Assembly: GCA_963835595.1 (NCBI GenBank)
Contig: CAWIGL010000003.1
Coordinates: 509,620 to 573,619 of the forward strand
Direction: 5' to 3'
From: an uncultured delta proteobacterium
GTDB taxonomy: Bacteria > Desulfobacterota > Syntrophorhabdia > Syntrophorhabdales > WCHB1-27
Length of the DNA: 64,000 bases
Shown: positions 58,514 to 64,000 of the stretch, one piece after another
How positions within the stretch are numbered: the first letter of the stretch is position 1
How the letters are laid out: the number at the start of each line of letters is the position of its first letter
The notes under the pieces: model-generated
What the model was told of the DNA's origin: nothing
Database searches by the model: none
Seen by the model: only the letters and a program-made list of their open reading frames with translations
Made by a program: the position numbers and the translations under genes

Positions 58514-60197
58514 TCATATGGCCTCCACGAGGGCCGCGATCTCGTCGTCTATCGCGTTGTCGATGTAGCCCCGCAGGCCTGATCGGCCGAGGACGGGCAG
58601 GTGGCGTTGCACAGGCCGCAGCCCATGCAGGCCGCCTCCTCGACGCGGACGATCCTGCGCCGCCTCGTCGTACTTTATCGCCTTCGCCACGCACGCCCTC
58701 TCGCACATCCTGCATCCGCTGCACCGCTTTACATCGACCACGGCGACGAAGGGGTCCACGACGGCGAATCCCGCGCTCAAAAAGCCGTAGAGCTTCACCG
58801 CCGAGGCCCTGCCGTGGTTGATCGCCTCTTCCATGTCCTTCGGGCCGGAGCACGTCCCCGCTATGAAGATGCCCTTGACCGCCGTGTCGTAAGGGCCTGC
58901 AGCTTTATGTGGGCCTCCAGGAAGAACCTGTCCTTGTCGAGGGCGATCTTCATAAGCGACGCAGATCGGCGGCGCTGTCCGCCGGCGGAGACATGCCGAT
59001 GGAGAGCACGGCCAGGTCGAACTCCCGCTCGAAGGGCTCGCCGAGGAGCGTATCTTCGCCCCTTACAAGAAGGCCAGTCGGGCCCGGGATGATCTCAGCC
59101 ACGTTTCCCCTCGTGAAGAGGACGCCCTTCTCCTGCGTCTCCTCGAAGAACTCCTCCCCGCCGCGCGGGTGCGCCCGGACGTCCATGTAGAAGCACTCGA
59201 CGTAGGAGTCCTCGTACCTCTGCCTTGACGGCCTCGGCCGCGCGCAGGGCGTTGATGCAGCAGACCCTGGAGCAGTACGGCCTGCCTATCTGCTCGTCCC
59301 TCGACCCGACGCAATGGAGGATGGCGACCCTCGGCTTCGCCGGCAGGGAAAGGCTGTCCGCCCTTTGCTCGAAATCGACGGTAGTCATGACCGCGCTCGT
59401 CTTTCCCGTAGGCAAGCTCCGGCTTCGCCGATGCGTCGAAGGGTGAGAACCCGATGGCGACGATGCAGCCCCCGGCCGTTATCTCCCTCTCGCCGTCCGG
59501 CGTATGGAGCGTCGCCCTGTAGTTGCCGAAGGCGCCCTCGAAATCGACGACCGTCGTGGAGGTGAAGATCTCGACGTTCTCCCTGCCGCGAAGCTCCGCC
59601 TCCATCTGCGCCGATAACGGCCGCGCCGTCCTTCCTTATGGGCCAGATGTCCTTCAATGTCCTCACGTGGCCGCCAAGGACCGGCCCCTTCTCGACGAGA
59701 TAGACGCGCATGCCCATGTTCGACAGGAATAGCGCGGCCGACAGGCCGGAGACGCCCCCGCCGACGATCAGGGCGGACTTCGTCACCTCGACCGTCTTCT
59801 CTTCGAGGGGCACGTAGTGGGCGGCCGAATAGAGACCGGCCCGGATGAGCCTTATCGCCTTCTCCGTGTTGCGGGCGACGTCGTCGCCGACCCAGGAGCA
59901 GTGCTCCCTGATGCCCACCCGCCGCAGCAGGAAGGGGTTGAGGTCGGACTTCCGCAGCACGTCCTTGAAAAGCTCGTCGTGGAGCGACGGCGTGCAGGAG
60001 GCGATGACTACGCGGTCGAGGCCCTCTTTCTCGATGCCCTCCCGGATCATGTCCTGGCCCGGCTCGGAGCAGACAAAGGGGTAGTCGGACGCGACGACGA
60101 CGTTGGGGAACGTGCTGAAGTAGTCGCGGACCTTCCGCACATCGACCGTCTGCTTGATGTTGTGCCCGCAATGGCAGATAAATATGCCCGTTTTCAC
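58514..60197 (-). CDS. hdrA: HdrA-type flavoprotein (N-terminal Cys domain, FAD domain, C-terminal ferredoxin domain); about 7 frameshifts
   Basis: GTG start overlapping the upstream [23 protein letters not shown]...VCSEPGQ...VVIASCTP...REHCSWV...[17 protein letters not shown]...|AQMEAELRG...|[14 protein letters not shown]...[22 protein letters not shown]...|[18 protein letters not shown]...|[14 protein letters not shown]..|[20 protein letters not shown]...[11 protein letters not shown]...|[20 protein letters not shown]..|[20 protein letters not shown]. The shifts lie at about 59610, 59410, 59225, 58957, 58900, 58648 and 58585. Confidence 0.75.
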
Positions 60198-62900
60198 CTG
60201 CTTATATACTCCAGGCAGCGCGACGCCGCCTCCCCCGCCGAGGCCACCGTGTCGGGCACGTCCTTCGGCCCGGAGGCCATGCCGCAGACGAATATGCCTT
60301 CTACGTTCGTCTTCGACGGGGCGATGGCGTCAACCTTTATGAAGCCGTAGACGTCCCGCTCGACGGAGGCCATCTCGCACAGATCGGCCGTCTCCGCGCG
60401 CGGCCTCACGCCCGTCGCAAGGACGACCACATCGACCTCGATTTCCGCAAGCTCGCCTGAGAGCATGTCCTCCACCCTTACGAGAAGCCCGTTTGCGCCC
60501 TTCGTCACCTCTCCGGGGATGCCCCTTATGTAGCGGACGCCCGCCTCCTGCGTGGATCTTGTAGAATTCCTCGTAGCTCTTCCCGTAGGCGCGCACGTCG
60601 ATATAGGAGACATAGACCTCGGCGTCCCTTATCCTGTCGATGACGATGCTCGCGTGCTTCGCCGTGTACATGCAGCAGACCCGCGAGCAGAACCGCGCGC
60701 CCGTCTGTCGGTCCCTGGAGCCGACGCACTGGATGAAGAAGAAGCGCTTCGGCTCTTTGCCGTTGATGATGATATCGCCGCCCGTCGGACCCGTGACCGA
60801 GCAGATCCGCTCGAACTCGATGCCCGTCATCACGCCTTCGAGGCTGCCGTAGCCGTATTCCCTTTTTTCCGTCGGGTCGTAAAGGTCGAACCCAGGCGCA
60901 AGGATGATGCCGTCGCAGGCAAGGTCTATCGTCTCGTCCTTCATCGTGTAGTCGATGGCCTTCACCTCGCACCGCCGCTCGCACTCCCCGCACTCGATGC
61001 AGCCCTCCACCTGGCCCGCGAGGCAGCGGGACGCCTCCCGGCTTGCGCCTTCCGGCCCGTAGGCCAGGCGGACCTCCCGGAAATCGGCAATCCTTGCCTC
61101 CGGCGGCTCTTCCGGCACAGGCTCGCGGCCGCATGACGCGATCTTTGCCTTGATATCCGGCCTTCTCCGCATCCGACAGGGCCTGGGGCCGGGGGCTATC
61201 TCTTCCGGCGCTGAAAGGTCCTCACCTTTCATGTACCTGTCCATCGAGACCGCCGCCCTCTTGCCTGCGGCTATGGCGTCGATCACGTAGGCCGGGCCTG
61301 TCGCCACGTCGCCCCCGGCGAATATTCCGGCCCGGCTCGTCGCCCCTGTCGCAGGGTCCGTCTTTATCGTACCGGCCTCCGATACGGCTATGGAAAGGGC
61401 ATCCGCAAAAGAGACTTCCGGCGACTGGCCGAGGGCCGTGATGACCATATCGAAGGGCAGGCGGAACTCGGAATCCTCTACGGGGCGCGGCCGCCTGCGG
61501 CCCGATGCGTCCGGCTCGCCAAGCTTCATGCGGACGCACTCTATCCCGGTAAGCTCCCCTTCGCTGCCGATGAACTTAACAGGCGCCGCCAGAAACTCCA
61601 GGGCGATCCCTTCTGCCGCGAGGGCCTCCACCTCTTCGGCCGCTGCGGGCATCTCTGCGGCTGTCCTGCGGTAGACGACGGTCACGTCGCTGCCGAGCCT
61701 TCTCGCCGTCCTCGCGCAATCGACCGCCGTGTTGCCGCCGCCTATAACGGCTGCGCGCCTGCCCACCGAAAGCGGTTCGCCGGACTCGACGCCGCGCAGG
61801 AACGTCAGGCCGTCGATGACCCCCGCAAGCCCTTCGCCCGGGACGCCGAGGGCGATGCCTTGCGGCGCGCCCGTGCCGATAAAGACCGCGTCGTAACCGG
61901 CCGCTATCTTATCGAGGGCCACCTCCCTGCCTACCGATACGCCGCATTCGATGCGGACGCCAAGCCTGCGGATGTAGTCGATCTCTGCGGCAAGCTCCGA
62001 TTTGGGCAGCCTGTATTCCGGTATCGCGTACCTCAACATGCCGCCGGGCTCGGGCAGCGCCTCGAAGACCGTCACGTCGTGGCCGAGCAGCGCGAGGTCG
62101 TGGGCGCAGGCAAGACCCGCGGGGCCTGCCCCGACGATAGCCGCCTTCTTCCCTGTCTCCTGGGCGCGGAGCGGCGGCGCAGGCGCAGGCGCGAGGTCCG
62201 CGACAGCGCGCTTTATGTCGCGGATCGCCAATGGCTGGTCGATCTCTCCCCTGTTGCAGACGCCTTCGCATGGCGCGTAGCAGACCCTCCCGCAGACGGA
62301 AGGAAAAGGATTCGTCTGCCTTATAAGGAGATAGGCGTCCTCGAACCTCCCCTCGCTCGCGTGCTTGAGATAGCCGGGGACGTTCGTATGGACGGGGCAG
62401 GCTGCCATGCACGCCGCCTTGCACTGCCTAGGGGCGCGCTTGTCTATGCTCGCCTTGTTGGGGATCGCCTGGGGGAAGGGGATGTAGATCGCCTTGCGCG
62501 GCCCCGTCCCCATGTTGAACTCGCTCTTCATCACGACGGGACAGAAGACCGAGCACGCTCCGCACGCGTTGCACTTCGATATATCGACGAAGCGCGACTT
62601 TTTCAGAAGCGTGACTGCGAAGCCGTCGCCCGATTTCTTTATCGCGACGGGCCGCGTCCACGACAGAAGGTCGATGTTCTTTTTCAGCGCGACCTCGACC
62701 ATCTTGGGCGAGAGGGTGCATGTCGAGCAGTCGAGGGTGGGGAATGTCTTGTCGAGCTGTATCATCCTCCCGCCTATCGACGGCCCCGCCTCGACCATCG
62801 TCACGCGCACGCCGCACGAGGCAAGGTCGAGGGCGGCAGTGATACCGCCGATGCCGCCGCCAACCACGAGGACATGCTTATCCCCCATTTCGCCGATCAA
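60194..62900 (-). CDS. Large HdrA-type protein with an inserted GltD/NfnB-like NAD(P)H module (HdrL-like, about 900 aa); one frameshift at about 60558
   Basis: VLVVGGGIGGITAALDLA, LDKTFPTLDCSTCTLSPKM, CNACGACSVFCP. The insert is CPVHTNVPGYL...CGRVCYAPCEGVC...KKAAIVGAGPAGLACAHDL...AAVIGGGNTAVDCART...GIFAGGDV. HdrA then resumes: CIECGECERRCE, FIQCVGSRD, CSRVCCMY. The tail STQEAGVRYIRG...FVCGMASGPKD lies in ORF 60194-60613. The start is TTG 62900 or ATG 62888. Confidence 0.8.
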
Positions 62901-62964
62901 TGCATTTTCCTTTTTTTAAGGGGGACGACCCGCTAAAGCGGGTGCCCCGACGAGCTTTGCTCGT

Positions 62965-62994
62965 GGAGGGGGCGCTGAGCCTCAATGATTGCCT
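62965..62994 (+). repeat. Copy B of the 30-nt intergenic motif (GGAGGGGGCGCTGAGCCTCAATGATTGCCT)
   Basis: 28 of 30 nt identical to 12241-12270. It is preceded by hairpins (CCCGC-TAAA-GCGGG; ACGAGC-TTTG-CTCGT) and CCTTTTTTTAAGGGGG at about 62913-62928. It lies in the etfA-hdrL spacer. Confidence 0.6.
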
Positions 62995-63002
62995 ATCCCC
63001 AT

Positions 63003-63938
63003 TCATCCTTTTAAGACATCTTTCATCTTGTCCCGGAGCTTGTTCGCGTCCCCAACGAAGCCGAAATGGGCGTACTGGAATATAGGCGCTTCCGGGTCCT
63101 TGTTGATCGCTATGATGCACTCCGAGTCCTTCATCCCCGCTATGTGCTGGAACGCCCCGGAGATCCCCATCGCAAAGTAGACCTTCGGCTTGACCGTCTT
63201 GCCGGAGGTTCCCACCTGGCGCGGCTTGGGGAGCCATGCCTTGTCGATGACGGGCCTCGACGCGCTGAGCACAGCCTTGAGGAGGTCCGCAAGCTCCTCG
63301 TATCCCGGTATCTCATCCTTGCTCCCGATGCCCCTGCCGACGGAGAGCAGGAAATCGGCCTTCGTGATGTCGATGGCCCCCTTCTCTTCCTCGACGTATT
63401 CGACGAAGCTCCTTCCGGGGTCCGTCTCCACGGCCTCAAGCACGGTCTCTGCCGCAGGCGCGCCTTTGGGGACGGCCTGCTCCTTGAAGCTCCCGCTCCG
63501 CACCGTCGCTACGAACCCGCCCATCTGCGGCCTGAACTCGCCGAATATCTTGTCCGAGTAATAGCTCTTCAGGAAAACATTCTTCTCAGGGTCGTACCCG
63601 CTCACGTCCGTTATGAGAGGCAGGCCGAGCGCGCCCGCGGCATACGACGCAAGCTCGATCCCCGACGATGAGCCGGTGAAAAGGAAGGCGTCGGGTTTAC
63701 CGGCCGCGTCGATCGCCTTTTGGAGTATGCGGACCATATTGAGGGGATTTAAGAAGTCCGTCTCCTGCACCTGCGCCCTTATGACCGCGTCGGCCAGATC
63801 GCCGCTGCCGAAGGCGACCCCGGCGGGCGCGAGGAGCCGTACCTCTTTGCCGAGGAGGCGCGCGAGGCCGATAGCGTCGAGGTTCCTCTCCTCGAAGAGA
63901 CCGCGCCTTACCTCCGCGACGACCAGTGCGTAGCTCAT
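63003..63938 (-). CDS. etfA: Electron transfer flavoprotein, alpha subunit
   Basis: [10 protein letters not shown]... The C-terminal FAD-binding region is [13 protein letters not shown]...[10 protein letters not shown]...[29 protein letters not shown]...[13 protein letters not shown]. The ATG at 63938 overlaps the upstream stop. Confidence 0.85.
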   Translation of the reverse strand: MSYALVVAEVRRGLFEERNLDAIGLARLLGKEVRLLAPAGVAFGSGDLADAVIRAQVQETDFLNPLNMVRILQKAIDAAGKPDAFLFTGSSSGIELASYAAGALGLPLITDVSGYDPEKNVFLKSYYSDKIFGEFRPQMGGFVATVRSGSFKEQAVPKGAPAAETVLEAVETDPGRSFVEYVEEEKGAIDITKADFLLSVGRGIGSKDEIPGYEELADLLKAVLSASRPVIDKAWLPKPRQVGTSGKTVKPKVYFAMGISGAFQHIAGMKDSECIIAINKDPEAPIFQYAHFGFVGDANKLRDKMKDVLKG

Positions 63939-64000
63939 TGATACACCCCCTTCTCCTTCAGGATGCCGAGAAGCTCCTTGCATACGCCGTCGGCCTCCCC
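63935..64000 (-). CDS. etfB: Electron transfer flavoprotein beta subunit, C-terminal fragment (runs off the window)
   Basis: The reverse strand reads ...[21 protein letters not shown], with ATGA coupling to etfA. The call rests on position and on a C-terminal tail typical of EtfB. Confidence 0.5.
   Translation of the reverse strand, partial: GEADGVCKELLGILKEKGVYQ

Noticed and set aside
58063-60197. Possible selenocysteine (in-frame TGA) recoding in the MvhD-like and HdrA-like genes, as known for some BamF/HdrA/VhuD proteins
   Set aside because: At every interruption the conserved sequence resumes in a different frame rather than after a TGA. The positions where Sec occurs in relatives are encoded as Cys here.

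Overview
High-GC (about 60%+ by eye), gene-dense 64 kb chromosomal window from a diderm strict anaerobe. It looks like a Desulfobacterota/Syntrophia-type aromatic-compound degrader, but that taxonomy is inference only. Contents, left to right: (1) the bamBCD core of the tungsten, ATP-independent class II benzoyl-CoA reductase plus an fdhD-like maturation gene and an IclR regulator; (2) housekeeping genes: tRNA-Arg, ispG, a myo-inositol-1-phosphate synthase with a CDP-alcohol phosphatidyltransferase, two-subunit class I fumarase, malic enzyme, ligA, MTA phosphorylase and MTA/SAH deaminase, nth, a PAS-GGDEF protein, csp and mazG; (3) a long minus-strand envelope operon (bamA-skp-lpxD-fabZ-lpxA-oxidoreductase-lpxB-msbA-DUF374-waaA); (4) tRNA-Thr, a secreted amidohydrolase and a hybrid histidine kinase; (5) two paralogous modules, each with an IclR regulator, an aryl/acyl-CoA ligase and a three-subunit xanthine-dehydrogenase-family Mo enzyme, one of which has an unusual FAD subunit carrying a GltD-like insertion; (6) a small AT-richer accessory patch with two antitoxin-like genes and a repeat-flanked HEPN-motif gene; (7) an etfBA-hdrL-hdrA-mvhD-FeS-hdrC-hdrB-hdrA' cluster. 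A major caveat: about 40 frameshifts interrupt clearly conserved genes. They are concentrated at 0.1-10.8 kb and 56-60.6 kb and often sit in short homopolymers, so I read them as assembly or sequencing indels rather than decay. Many long ORFs in the supplied track are antisense shadows of real genes. No rRNA, CRISPR array, transposase or integrase was seen.
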